A DNA stretch of 64,000 bases, from contig OZ024762.1 of assembly GCA_964016885.1 (NCBI GenBank), positions 5,146,001-5,210,000 of the forward strand, written 5' to 3'. Below, piece by piece: positions 42,174 to 54,479 of the stretch; within the stretch, counting starts at the first letter, position 1, and every line of letters starts with the position of its first letter. The stretch comes from Eledone cirrhosa (Eukaryota). Position numbers and translations under genes: made by a program. Under the pieces are notes generated by a model. That model did no database searches. It worked only from the letters and a program-made list of their open reading frames with translations, and was not told the origin of the DNA.

Positions 42174-42267
42174 TTCATGCGACATTATTGCACACTCCTT
42201 CCCGCCTACTGTGTGGTGCATCTCATGTTGGCCCTTAATTTGTTACTTAACTCCAGGAGGAGAAACC
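42174..42267 (+). CDS. PGAP1: PGAP1-like GPI inositol-deacylase, internal exon (phase 0-1)
   Basis: tttcag|FMRHYCTLLPAYCVVHLMLALNLLLNSRRRN|gtacgt; resembles VVRFHGGALPAYVV of vertebrate PGAP1 as recalled. Confidence 0.8.
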
Positions 42268-42409
42268 GTACGTAGATTTCTTTATAAAAACAAAACCTTT
42301 TTGCATTTTTTTTTACAGTATTTTGTGTTTACCTGTTTTTACTTGGTATATACAAGCATTGGATATATATACTAAGACTGGGTATATACTATATATATTT
42401 GAATATATA

Positions 42410-42768
42410 CTGTATATGTAGAGGATATGTGACGGCTGGAGAGAAATGAAGCAAGCATCCGATAGATGTGCACTGTCAATGTGCATGAACGACCAAGCAA
42501 GAATGAGTTGAGAGAGAAACTGTGTATCGGAGGGATAAACTGTAGTGTGCGGAAGAGAAGACTGCATTGGTATGGACATGTGATGCGCATTGAGGTTGAC
42601 CGCTGGGTAAAGAAGTGCCAAGAAGTCCCAGTGGAAGGAAGACGCAGTAGAGGAAGACCACGAAAAACATGGGCGGAGGTGGTGAGAGCTGACCTCAGAT
42701 CGCTGAAGTCACAGAGGAGATGGCCTTGCAAGCAAGGAAAAACAGATGTGAAATGATGATGATGATGA
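42410..42768 (+). mobile_element. RTE LINE 3' fragment (intronic)
   Basis: RRLHWYGHVMR...GRRSRGRPRKTW followed by (GAT)n. Confidence 0.88.
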
Positions 42769-42940
42769 TATATTTGAATATATACTAAGACTGATTATAT
42801 ACTGTATATACTGAATAGGTACTATGATATTGATGATGGTAATGATGATGATGGTGATGATGATAGTGATGATGGTGGTGATGATGATGATGATGATGGT
42901 GATGATGGTTGAACATATACTATGATTGAATATATACTGT

Positions 42941-43415
42941 ATCATCATCATCATCATCACCGTTTAACATCCATTTGTCCACGTTAGCATGGGTTAGGTG
43001 AGATGTCCTGTTGTGAGATAGGCCATATCAGGTGACCATGGCATGCGCATACAGGATTGATTTCGTCTTGGTTTCTACTGCTGGATGCCCTTCCTAACGC
43101 CAACCACAGGGATGCTTTTGGTCATGTCACCATCACAACCACTTTACAGTGTGGACTGGGTGCTTTTTGTCAGGAAACCTACATGACAACTTTACAGTGT
43201 GGACCGGGGGTCTTCACTAGATGTATGCTTCAGCCTGTCCTATGGAAGAGTAGAGTGGAGTGGAGTGGAGTGGAGGTGGTACTATATATGTGCTTCAGCT
43301 TCAGTCTGTGCCCATAGAAAGGAGGGTCTTGTGTAGTACGCCAGAGATCTTGGTCCTCCATCATCGCCTTTGAAGGGTGTAATTGTGCAAGGTCAGCTTT
43401 TATATTTTCATGTTT
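42941..43415 (-). mobile_element. RTE 3' fragment
   Basis: IKADLAQLHPSKAM..DLWR on the minus strand plus the reverse-complemented 3'UTR and tail. Confidence 0.8.
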
Positions 43416-44109
43416 TACCAATTTCTAAACAATCAATAAAATAATTTGTAACGAATGAACATTGAAAGACAATCATCATCATCATCATCATCACCATCAT
43501 CAATACCATCACCATCATCATCAATATCATTACCACCATCACCACTACTACCACCATCACCACCATTACCACCACCATCAGCACCACTACTACCACCATC
43601 ACCACCACTACCATCACCATCACCACCACTACCATCACCACCACCACTACCACTACCACCACCATCACCACCACCACCATCACCACAACTACCACCACCA
43701 TCATCATCACCACCACCATCACCACCATCACCATCACCACCACCATCAACACTACTACCACCACTACCACCACCATCGCCACTACTACCACCACCATCAC
43801 CACTACTACCACCACCATCACCACCACTACCACCACCATCACCACCACCACTACTACCACCACCATCACCACCACCACTACTACCACCACCATCACCACT
43901 ACTACCACTACTACCACCACCATCACCACTACCACCACTACTACCACCACTACTACCACTACTACCACCGCCATCACCACCACCACCACTACCACCACCA
44001 CCACCATCATGTTTGTTTCGGTCATTCACCCTCAACTTTTAATATCTCTTTTCTGCTCCATTCTTGATACGCATATTCAACATTTTCTGTGTGTATGTGT
44101 TTGTGTATA

Positions 44110-44145
<36 letters not shown>

Positions 44146-44400
44146 TTAATTTATGTATGTATGTATCTGTACGTATGTATATAAGCATATATATATATGT
44201 ATATATATATTTATACGTATATATATATATGCTTATATACATACGTACATATACATAAATAAATAAATAAATACATAACATCACAACCATACTAACATCA
44301 GAACACATCACAACAAAACATCAACAAACCCAAATCTCAGCCCATACATAACAACATACAAAACCGCATCATTGAACCGGCACACAGGAAAGCCCCAAAA

Positions 44401-44766
44401 TGTAACTGTCACTTTCCAGATACGTGCCCACTTCAAAATAGATGCCTGGAGTCAAATATAGTGTACTTGTGTACTATAAATTCGGGCAACTTAGCATGGC
44501 ACTACATAGGTTCTACGGCGGAGGAGTTCAAATAAAGATAGTACGTCGACAGACATTCTATAAAGAATTGTAGACTAATGAACACAACAACGCTCGCCAA
44601 TAAAATCTGGCAGCTTAAGGATACAAACCAAGAATACTGGATTAGCTGGTCAAAACTATCAGGGGCAAAGGCATACCGAAATGGAATGTCCCACTGCGGA
44701 CTTTGCAATATGGAGTTGCTCCATATTTTAAAATATGACAAAATGCTGCTTAACAGCAAAATTGAA
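44401..44766 (+). pseudogene. Penelope-like element GIY-YIG endonuclease remnant
   Basis: One frame from 44401: CNCHFPDTCPLQNRCLESNIVYLCTI...HYIGSTAEEFK*R*...TTLANKIWQLKD...ISWSKL...CGLCNME...LLNSKIE. Cys-rich linker, VY/YIG motif and terminal LN; two in-frame stops. Confidence 0.85.
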
Positions 44767-44827
44767 CGGTCAATTGGACTGCATTTAACTATTATTTGTT
44801 ACCCCGTATATATATATAAATATAAAG

Positions 44828-45300
44828 TAGCAGCTCTACCTGGAGTGACTCTCTGATCTCCGAGCTACAAATCTGTCCAGTGATTCTTTCCTGAGACATT
44901 CTAACCACATGCCCATAGTATCGGAGCTGTGATCACTCAATTCGGAGAAGTGGCAGCTCTACCTGGAGTGACTCTCTGATCTCCGAGCTACAAATCTGTC
45001 CAGTGATTCTTTCCTGAGACATTCTAACCACATGCCCAAAGTATCGGAGCTGTGATCACTCAATTCGGAGAAGTGGCAGCTCTACCTGGAGTGACTCTCT
45101 GATCTCTGAACTATGCACTTTATCGACTAATGTTACTCCAAAGACCCTTTAGAAGAACCTCATTTCAGCCGCTTGTATTCGTGATCGTATTTTTTCAGTC
45201 ATTACCCAAGATTCATAACCTTAGGTAAGGGTTGACACATAAACTGAATTGAAGATAGCAAGTTTGGCTTTTACCCCTACCTCCCTTCTTCTGATTATTG
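44828..45300 (-). mobile_element. RTE RT fragment with ~123-bp tandem duplication
   Basis: Minus strand LLRIE*SQLRYYGHVVRMSQER occurs twice. Confidence 0.7.
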
Positions 45301-45400
45301 AATGCTGACGCTGGCCGGCTTTCTCCCAAAAAGTTATTTTTCATTTCTTCCTCTTCTCACTCTCCTCTATCTTTCTTCTCTTTATTTATCTCTCATTCTG

Positions 45401-45437
45401 TTTTCTGATGAAGGGCTAACATCCGAAACATCAACAC
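45401..45437 (+). ncRNA. Minimal, partly decayed hammerhead motif
   Basis: CTGATGA A GG GCTAACAT CC GAAA CA TC; helix I only ~2 bp; ~640 bp downstream of the GIY-YIG remnant on the same strand. Confidence 0.5.
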
Positions 45438-45561
45438 TTTTCATATGTATTTATTTTTATTTTTATTTTGCCATTTTTAATATTTTAAACATTTTGTTAA
45501 TTAACATTTACGTGGACCCAATGACACAGCTGGTATCTTGTCTCGCTCTTTTTGTTTCCAG

Positions 45562-45652
45562 AACAAATGACAATAATGGATGCTGTCTGGGCTCAGAAAA
45601 CTGACTGGGTTGGTGTCTTGCCTTCGTGGTACATTATGGAGTGCATATTTAG
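45562..45652 (+). CDS. PGAP1: PGAP1-like exon (phase 1-2)
   Basis: ttccag|(Q)QMTIMDAVWAQKTDWVGVLPSWYIMECIF(S)|gtaaat; phases join the flanking exons exactly. Confidence 0.72.
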
Positions 45653-45730
45653 GTAAATATTACTTTGTCACCTGCCCCCCTCTCTCTCCTTCTCTCTCTC
45701 TTTTGTTGCTCTCATACATATATATGCATG

Positions 45731-45817
<87 letters not shown>

Positions 45818-45939
45818 TGTTTTTGTTTTAGTTAATCTCAGTTATAAGACCTTATTATTTAATATTCTGTCATGATTGAGCAGAAAATATCTAAAAACAG
45901 GCTTGTTAATTCAAATGTTTATAGTATCTTTACTGCTAG

Positions 45940-46242
45940 ACAGACCAATGTAACAATTTATTGGTATACAGATCAATGTAACAATTTATTGGTAGACAGA
46001 TCAATATAAGAATTTAGTGGTAGACAGATCAATATAAGAATTTATTGGTAGACAGATCAATATAAGAATTTATTTGTAGACAGATCAATATAGATGTAAC
46101 AGATCAATGAAGATGTAACAGATCAATATAGATATACCAGATCAATGAAGATGTTAAAGATCAATATAGATGTTACAGATCAATATAGATATAACAGATC
46201 AATATAGTTGTAACAAATCAATATAGATGTAAGAGATCAATG
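45940..46242. repeat. ACAGATCAAT-anchored 19-28-bp minisatellite
   Basis: Directly visible. Confidence 0.85.
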
Positions 46243-46409
46243 AAGTGATTCCCAAAGTGGGTTCCACAAAGGAATCTCTGGGGTTCCATCATAAAAGGTA
46301 GAGGAGTATATTTATATTACGACCATATAACAGTGTTAGACTTTGGGGTGACCCCAAAAGTTTCTGAACCAAAAAGGGTTCCACGTTTGAAAAGGTTTGG
46401 GAAACCCTG
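46243..46409. mobile_element. hAT-type MITE
   Basis: AGTGATTCCCAAA...TTTGGGAAACCCTG termini; the same element is split into two pieces at 7651-7768 and 9210-9300. Confidence 0.65.
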
Positions 46410-46471
46410 GATCAATGTAAGAATTAGCAGTTTTAATGCTTCATGAAACAGATTAAGGGGTCTGTCTAAAC

Positions 46472-46696
46472 CAGAGGTTCTCAAACGTTTGGGGCCATAG
46501 CCACGGCAACGTAATACTCTCAGCGCCCTCCACCCCTATTTCCAGAGAGACCTGCCTACACGCAAATTGTAAATAATATATAATAAATAAAATTGTTAAT
46601 TTATATATAATAAATAATATAATAAATATCTTCTTCTTTGACCGAGTTTACACTCGCAAAGATTCAGCACGCTTTCTCCAATTACAAGAACCTCTG
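46472..46696. mobile_element. hAT/Charlie-type MITE
   Basis: CAGAGGTTCT...AGAACCTCTG TIRs with an 8-bp TSD GTCTAAAC/GTCTAGAC (NTCTAGAN-type). Confidence 0.8.
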
Positions 46697-46871
46697 GTCT
46701 AGACCAATGCCAGCATGGAAAACTCCATCATAAAGACAACGGCACACAACACTCATATTCTTAAATTAGAAATCATTTTAGTTTCAATTTATTTTTTATC
46801 TTTTTTTTTTTATTTATTTTATTTTTGTTTATTTATTTATTCATTTTTCTTGATTTTTTTTTTCTTTGCAG

Positions 46872-47057
46872 CCATGAAGCTTTGGCCCCTTATTTTGACT
46901 GGTTGCCTTCCTATGACAGTAACTTACTTCGGCATCGAGGAATCTGGGGGAAAATTCATCCGCCTTTGTTAGCGGCCGTGTCTTTTGCTATTACATACCT
47001 CCACGTAGCATTTGTTGCGCTCTTCTTCAGAGTGTCTCGGCTCGTATGCTCCTTCAT
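46872..47057 (+). CDS. PGAP1: PGAP1-like exon (phase 2-2)
   Basis: ttgcag|HEALAPYFDWLPSYDSNLLRHRGIWGKIHPPLLAAVSFAITYLHVAFVALFFRVSRLVCSF|gtacgt; LP..D motif followed by a TM helix. Confidence 0.8.
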
Positions 47058-47101
47058 GTACGTAACCACAGGCAGGCTGACATTTTCTCTGGTCGTCGTC
47101 G

Positions 47102-47167
<66 letters not shown>

Positions 47168-47599
47168 CCATCATCATCATGAACACACTTCTAATCGTCA
47201 CCACCACTAACACAAGTATTATCATCACATCTCCCAACATATATAATCATCACAACCAGTCTGGATATACTAGTTTTACAATTTAAAAGATATATTACAA
47301 AGGCAATTGATAAGATATCTTAATCAGATTTGTTCTATATTCTCAGTAGTTATCAAAGTTTTTAATCACACTGCATTTGTGTATTTCTGGTATCCTGTTG
47401 ATGAAAGAGGTGCTGTTAAATGAACCCCTAAAAAATGGCTACTCCTCCAGAAAAGGCACAATGTGTGTCATGGTTTATTGAAACAAAATCGGAGACAAAG
47501 TCAGACAGTTTCTGGGTGATTATCCTTCATCAGTGCAGTTTACTGTTCACCTGCCAACTGTCAGATCTAGTGAAAATATATGATATTTTCTAAAATATA

Positions 47600-47700
47600 C
47601 AGTGACTGATCGGCCTGATTTGCATATTAGCAGACAGGCTGATCAGTCAAATTTGCATATTAACAGATCCACTGATCAGCCAGATTTGCATATCGGCAGA
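47600..47700. promoter_or_regulatory. Three octamer motifs (ATTTGCAT) in 33-bp tandem repeats
   Basis: ATTTGCAT at 47618, 47651 and 47684; function not shown. Confidence 0.5.
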
Positions 47701-47889
47701 GTGATTAATGGCTGGCTTTGCCATATTCAAATAACTAATCACCCAGTAACATTAGTGTCTGCAGTTCTGTTTACATGCCAACACAAGAGCAAGAATGAGG
47801 GGCTCATTCTACTGACATGGCTTAAAAGAGACTGTTTGCATAATTGCAAATGAATCAAATATTATTAATATTCGAAAAACTCAGATTAC

Positions 47890-47924
<35 letters not shown>

Positions 47925-49044
47925 AATGAAAAGTATAGAAATTATTGTAGCAAGAAGCCAACAGTATTCCATAATATATATATATATATATATATATGTA
48001 ATATGTAATATATATATATGCAAATAAAGAATGATTTGTTCATGTGCAGAGATGCTATAAAATAGGATGAAGACCTTTAAAAGATGATAACAACTTTTCT
48101 TTCTGTCTTTTAACTCATTTTTCCCTTGTGACCTTATGGTCATACATGATTATTTCCCTTAGTATATGACCTCTTTTGTTTTCACATTACCTCCTTAAGC
48201 CAAATAGTGAGAAGTGATAGTTTTTTAGCATGACCATACCAAAACTGCTCTAACTTTATAAATTATTACGATAAAATTATGACATTTTCAGTGAAGATTA
48301 AAAACTAAATTTTCTAAAGAATTTTGCAAAAAAATTCATTATATTTCCAGATTATTAAATAAAATAAACAATCTTGTGTATATAATGATTGGAGGACTGC
48401 GAGACTGTGTCAGGGGTATTTTTTCTGAACATGTTATTAAAATAAGTTGGCTTACTTTAAATAAATCATGAATGAATATTATGTAATTTATCTACTAAAT
48501 TTCGTAGATGTTTATTAAACATAAATATTCTTATATATAATGTATTTTAAGATTTTTACTTTTTTTTAATTTTCAATTGTCTACACTTCCGGTTAGCATC
48601 CATTATATCAAATCCCGCCGAAGTTAACTTTGCCTTTCATCCTTACGGGGTCGATAAAATAAAGTACCAGTAATGCAATGGGTAATTGCTGGCCTTGTGC
48701 CAAAAAGTAGAAACTATTATATCATAACACATATAGCCATATGCTATATCATATTGCTTATATAAATGTTCATATATTTGCATCGTTATATCATAACGTT
48801 TATATTTCCATCACTAATTTTCCCCTTTTCCATTTTTATAACATTTTACCGTAATGCAGTTTATATATAATGTCTTCTTGAAATATATCATGGATTACTT
48901 TACTGATTACAGAAGACAGTGTAACACAGTCTCTCTTCAATTTCTGTGCATATTGTCAATTACGATTTTATTTGACGTATCATATCTACATGTATATATA
49001 TTTGTGTATAAACCACCCGAAGGATGGTTTTTCTGCTAGTTTAA

Positions 49045-49262
49045 CCCTTTAGCACTTAAACCGGCTATATCCGGCCAGAATTCTTTCACCTTTTTCTGTT
49101 CAAACCGGTCATAACTAGTAACTCATACTGATGTAAAGGTATTGTTCTCAAAATAAATAATATTAAAATCCCATAGATTCCATATTATGTGGGATAATTA
49201 TGTGAGATAAAGCCTTTAACATAAAAATATAGAATATATAAAGTAATGTAACTGCTAAAGGG
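49045..49262. mobile_element. piggyBac-type MITE
   Basis: TTAA-CCCTTTAGCA...TGCTAAAGGG-TTAA. Confidence 0.82.
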
Positions 49263-49393
49263 TTAATATAGTAAAATGTAAGCAAAAACATGAAAAAAAT
49301 ATATATTTTCTGTATTTCCATAATTCAGAGAGAATCTTGCAACTTTCTTCCATCTTTTTCTCTTCAATATTCTCCATTGTCTTTATATTTCAG

Positions 49394-49529
49394 GATCAGT
49401 GAAAGACATACATTTTATATATTATGTCGACTCCTGCTGGTCGTTGTCACTATCTTCTCTCTCTTCATTGCCAAAACCCTCTGTGGAAGTATTAGTATTG
49501 TATTCACTTGTATCATCTGTTTCTTAAAG
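49394..49529 (+). CDS. PGAP1: PGAP1-like exon (phase 2-0)
   Basis: tttcag|ISERHTFYILCRLLLVVVTIFSLFIAKTLCGSISIVFTCIICFLK|gtaagc; compare TTCGALAILL...FK in PGAP1. Confidence 0.82.
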
Positions 49530-49587
49530 GTAAGCCATCTTGCTTGCTCTCTCTCTCTCTCTCTCGTTCTCTCTCTCTCTCGTTCTC

Positions 49588-49628
<41 letters not shown>

Positions 49629-49671
49629 CTCTCACTCTCTCTCTCTCTCGTTCTCTCACACTCTCTCTCTC

Positions 49672-49728
<57 letters not shown>

Positions 49729-49840
49729 CTCTCACTCTCTCTCTCTCTCGTTCTCTCTCTCTCTCTCGTTCTCTCATACTCTCTCTCTCTCTTGCTCTCT
49801 CACTCTCTCTTGCTCTCTCTCTTGTTTTCTCTCTCTCTTG

Positions 49841-49901
<61 letters not shown>

Positions 49902-50794
49902 TGCCCTCTCTTGTTCACTCTCTCTCTCTCTTTGTTTTCTGTTGCCCACTCTCACCTCTTTTTCTTTCATTCACAAACTTGTTCTCTTTCTTCCATCTCT
50001 CTCTCTCTCTCTCCTCCTTCTTCTTCTGCCCCTCACTCTTTCTCTCTCTCTCTCTCTCTCTCTTTTCCCCTCTCTCTCTTATCTCTCTCCTCCCTCTCCC
50101 CCCTTATATCTCTCTTCTCCACCCCTCCCTCTCCTCCCTATTATCACTCTCTTCTCCACCCCCTCTCTTTCCTCCCTCTCCCCTCTTATCTTTCTCTTCT
50201 CCACCCCCTCTCTTTCCTCCCTCTCCCCTCTCTATTATCTCTCTCCCCCTCTCCCTTCTCTCTTATCTATCCTCCCTCCCCCTCTCTCTACCACTGCTCA
50301 ACTTTCTATAAATTCATGTAGAAGTTATTTTGAGAATAAATTGCTGTTGCTGTTGTTGTTGTTATTGGTGTTGTTGTTGTTGATGTTATTGTTGTTGTTG
50401 GTGGTGGTGTTGTTATTGGTGTTGTTGCTGTTGTTGTTGTTGTTGTTGTTGGTGGTGGTCTTGTTGGTGTTGTTGGTGGTGGTGTTGTTGTTGTTGTTGA
50501 TGTTATTGTTGTTGTTATTGGTGTTGTTGTTGTTGGTGGTGGTCTTGTTGGTGTTGTTGCTGTTGTTGTTGTTGGTGTTGTTGCTGTTGTTGTTGTTGGT
50601 GGTGTTGTTGTTACAGTTGTTGTTGTTGGTGGTGGTGGTTATGGTGGTGTTGTTGTTACAGTTGTTGTTGTTGGTGTTGTTACAGTTGTTGTTGTTGGTG
50701 GTGTTGTTGTTACAGTTGTTGGTGGTTATGGTGGTGTTGTTACAGTTGTTGTTGGTGGTGTTGTTGTTACAGTTGTTGATGTTATATTTTCCAG

Positions 50795-50940
50795 GTGATT
50801 CACGTTGGAGAAGAAACCAACAAATCAACACATTCCAACCGATATCTTAACTACAGCCTTTATCTGTTCATCTGGCTCATCTGGCAATGGATGATGGCCC
50901 TCAACACACCTTCTTTATTAGCCTGGCAGCTACAATTGCC
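50795..50940 (+). CDS. PGAP1: PGAP1-like exon (phase 0-2)
   Basis: ttccag|VIHVGEETNK...FIWLIWQWMMALNTPSLLAWQLQL(P)|gtacgt; compare LLSMPSLIYWLKNL. Confidence 0.85.
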
Positions 50941-51024
50941 GTACGTTCAATTCTCTCTCAATATTTCTATATTTTTTTATCTTAGAAGGATTTTTTTTTA
51001 ATATATATTTATTTTAGTCAAATA

Positions 51025-51215
51025 ATTGTTTCTACTTTTGGCACAAGGCTAGTAATTACTCAGTACATTACTGGTACTTTATTTTATCGACCGCAGCAAG
51101 GATGAATGGCAAAGTTAACCTCGGTGGGATTTAAACTCAGAACGTAAAGGGCTGTAACTCTATGCTGCAAAGCATGGTGTCTGACTCTCTACCAATACTG
51201 CCAATCCACTGCCCT
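51025..51215 (-). mobile_element. OK-type SINE
   Basis: Reverse complement of the 11471 motif with a tRNA-like head. Confidence 0.75.
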
Positions 51216-51261
51216 AATCCATCTTACAATATTATTTTAGTCAAATAATATTGTAAGAGGG

Positions 51262-51980
51262 TCCTGCTGGTGTCAGGACAAAAAGCATGTAGTGCTCCAT
51301 GTAAGTTGGTAGTGCTGGTGTCATGACAAAGAACACCTAATCCACCCTTTAAGGGGATAATGCTGGTACCATGATGCAAAGCACCCAGCCACCCTGTAAG
51401 ATGATAGTAATGGTACCATGATGCAAAGCACCCAGTCCACTCTGTAAAATGGTAGTGCTGGTGTCATGACAAAACTCCCAGTTCACCCTGTAAGATAGTC
51501 ATGCTGGTGCCATAACAAAAAGCACTTAATCCACTCTGTAAGGGGATAATGCTGGTACAGTGATGCAAAGCACCCAGTCCTCCCTGTAAGTGCTGGTGCC
51601 ATGAAAAAACTCTCAGTCCACTATGTAAAATGGTAGTACTGGTGTCAGGACAAAAAACACCTGGTCCACCCTGTAAGGTGGTAGTGCTGGTATCATGACA
51701 AAAAAAGTACACAGTTCACCCTGTACGGTGATAGTGCTGGTATCATGACAAAAGAAGTACCCAGTCCACTCTGTAAAGTGATAGTGCTGATGCCATGACA
51801 AAACTCCCAGTCCACTGTGTAAGATGGTTATGCTTGTGTCATGACAAAAAGCACCTAGTCCACTCTGTAAGGGGATAATGCTGTTGCCATGATGCAAAGC
51901 ACCCAGTCTACCCTGTAAAATGGTAGTGCTGGTGTTATGACAAAAAAGCACCCAGTCCACTCTGTAAGTTATTGGTGTTG
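51262..51980 (+). repeat. Diverged ~48-bp RTE-3'UTR-derived minisatellite (about 15 units)
   Basis: GCACCCAGTCCAC(T/C)CTGTAA..TGGTAGTGCTGGTGTCATGACAAAAA; homologous to the 8-kb array. Confidence 0.85.
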
Positions 51981-52175
51981 GAGTATTTTATAATAATCAG
52001 AAGTTCAAACATATTAGGACATGTTATCTCGTCTACGACACTGAAGAAGTAATGAACAGAATTACAGCCACATAATCACATCCTACCATCCTTTCTTTCT
52101 ATCTGTTATGTTAAATGTTTTAAATAATAAATTAGTATTATTTTAATTAATATTTCCTATTTTCTGGTTTGACAG

Positions 52176-52274
52176 AATGAAATCACAGTTGTCCCCTGAT
52201 CCCAGTCAAATTGCCGGTTTTATCACACCTATCTGTATTGCTTTCCTCGCTACCTCTAATAACCTCATTGATAG
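52176..52274 (+). CDS. PGAP1: PGAP1-like exon (phase 2-2)
   Basis: tgacag|MKSQLSPDPSQIAGFITPICIAFLATSNNLID(R)|gtaagt; L.PDP motif as in KLNPDPC. Confidence 0.85.
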
Positions 52275-52624
52275 GTAAGTTCTTCATTTCATCACACCTA
52301 TGTATGGCTGGTTTTATCACATCTCTCTATATTGCTCACTTCTCTACCTGTAATAACCTCATTCACAGGTAAGTTCTTGGATTTTGTTCACACCTCTCTA
52401 TATCACTGCTTTCATCATACCTGGAGATGATGATCATCATGGTGATGATATCGACAATGATGATGATGATGATGATAGTGGTGGTGGTGGTGGTGGTGAT
52501 GATGATCATGATGGTGATGACACTCATGATGATGATGGTGAAGGTGGGGATGATGGTGCTGATGATGATTTGATTTGATTTGATTTCACTAATATTTTTC
52601 TTCCTCTTTTTCTGTTTTTTCCAG

Positions 52625-52781
52625 GATAAACGAAAATGTTGCTTCACCTGTCTTTTACCTGTGTGCCATTGCGACGCTGTTATATGGCACCGTACACCTT
52701 TACCGTATTAATATGTCCCTGTTTGTTCTTGTTGCCTTACTCTCTTTCTTCACACTGAGGCCACAGAAAGACACTAAATGA
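52625..52781 (+). CDS. PGAP1: PGAP1-like terminal coding exon
   Basis: ttccag|INENVASPVFYLCAIATLLYGTVHLYRINMSLFVLVALLSFFTLRPQKDTK*; YGTVHLYR matches FGSAHLYR of the PGAP1 C-terminus. Confidence 0.87.
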
Positions 52782-53479
52782 TTCTTTAAACTGACAACCA
52801 ATGTCACCAAACCATGGTTCTATGGTGCCATCCTGTCATCAAACCATGGTTCGATGGTACCATCCTGTCATCAAACCATGGTTCTATGGTGCCATCCGGG
52901 ATGTTGACAACTTTCAAAGAATTTTAGTTTTCAGAATATTGGTGTTTTTTTTTTTGAATGTAAAATAGTTTTCTTTTTGTGAAAAAATCTAATAATTTTC
53001 AAATTATTATTTTTTTTAATTTATAAAAGAATATTACAATTATTCCCTCCTACAAATTTCAGTTTATAAAGCAACCGAGTTATTTTTCTTTTTAACTTTT
53101 AAAAAGCAGAAAGAAAAAAAACTGAAAAAAAAATTATTTAAAAAGAAAAAGTAGCATTTTTTAAATTTAACTGAATATTCCATTTATACATTAAAGGAAC
53201 CTCAATGCCAGACCCCCTTACCTCTCTTTCACAAAATGAAAATTATAAAAAAATCCCTACAGAAAACGTGTTTGAAGCCAGCCTTCTATTTTGTCCAGCT
53301 GAAGTTCATCTTCAGATCACACAGCATTCCTTCAGAGTTATCTCCCCTGTTTCTTTTTTTCTTCTTTTGACGTGAGTGGGGTTAATATTTTCTCTCAAGA
53401 TTATTCACTTAGAGCAAATTCCCAAACATTTGTGACCACCCCCTTCTTAGAGAGTATAGTTTATACCCACTGTAAATTT

Positions 53480-53790
53480 GTTCTTCTTCTTCGCCCACTT
53501 ATTCCTAAGAGGGTCGTGGGGGCAGAGTCCTCAAACACTTTTTCCAGCAGGTCCTGTCAGACGGAACCGTATCCAATTGATCTGGCTGGATCCCCAGACG
53601 TGACCAGCCAAGCTCATGGATGTAACCCAACCATATTGCTTAGAGTCTACCCCTGCGTCTCTTGCTGGTTGGTTTTGCCCGTAAAATCATGTACAGCCAC
53701 TACTTCTCCGAATTGAGAGATCATCACTCTGATACCTTGGACATATGGTTAGAATGTCTCAGGAAAGAATCGCTGGACAGATTTTATAGG
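53480..53790. mobile_element. RTE 3' fragment with internal inversion
   Basis: The minus part encodes DRTCWKKCLRTLPPRPS*; the plus part (53711-53785) encodes an IER..YLGHMVRMSQERIAGQI-like motif. Confidence 0.6.
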
Positions 53791-53809
53791 CACTGTAAAG
53801 TTGATTTAA

Positions 53810-54115
53810 CCCTTTAGCATTTAAACCGGCCGTGACAGAATTCTGGCCAGATACTGCCAGCTTAGATGCTAAAGGGTTGAGTTTGATATTTCACAATACA
53901 AATCTTAGTTATTACATAGGGAACCCTTAACACTTTAGCATTTAAACCAGTTGTATCTGGCCAGAATTCTCTCACCTCTTTCTGTTCAAACTGACCAATA
54001 CTTAAGTTGAGGTATTGTTCTGAAAATAGATAATATCGAAATCTCATAGATTCAATATTATGTGAGATAATTACTGCAAAAATACAATAGTATATATAGA
54101 GTAATGTAAATGGTA
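53810..54115. mobile_element. Two piggyBac-type MITE copies (one internally deleted)
   Basis: TTAACCCTTTAGCATTTAAACC starts; body matches 910-1126. Confidence 0.7.
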
Positions 54116-54479
54116 AAATTTGATATTTCACAATACAAATCTTAACTATTCTTGAGGGACTTATAAAGACCCCTTAAATTTGATATTTCATAATACAAAC
54201 AGAGAAACCTTAAATATTATGATAGAAATAATGAATGTTTGTAAAAAAATTTTTTTTTTTCTCCATTATAACCAACCAAAAGAATGCTATACCATTTGTT
54301 AGGAATATGAAGAACTGTCAAACTTTTATGAAGAATCTTGTAAGATTCCCCCCCCCCCCTCAATATTTTAGTAAACCTATGTTGATGACCCCTCTTCCTT
54401 CCACGCCCTTCTGATATGAAAATGTAAGGAAGGAAATTAGAATAATAATTTGCTCAAGAATTTTATATTGACTGAGTCA

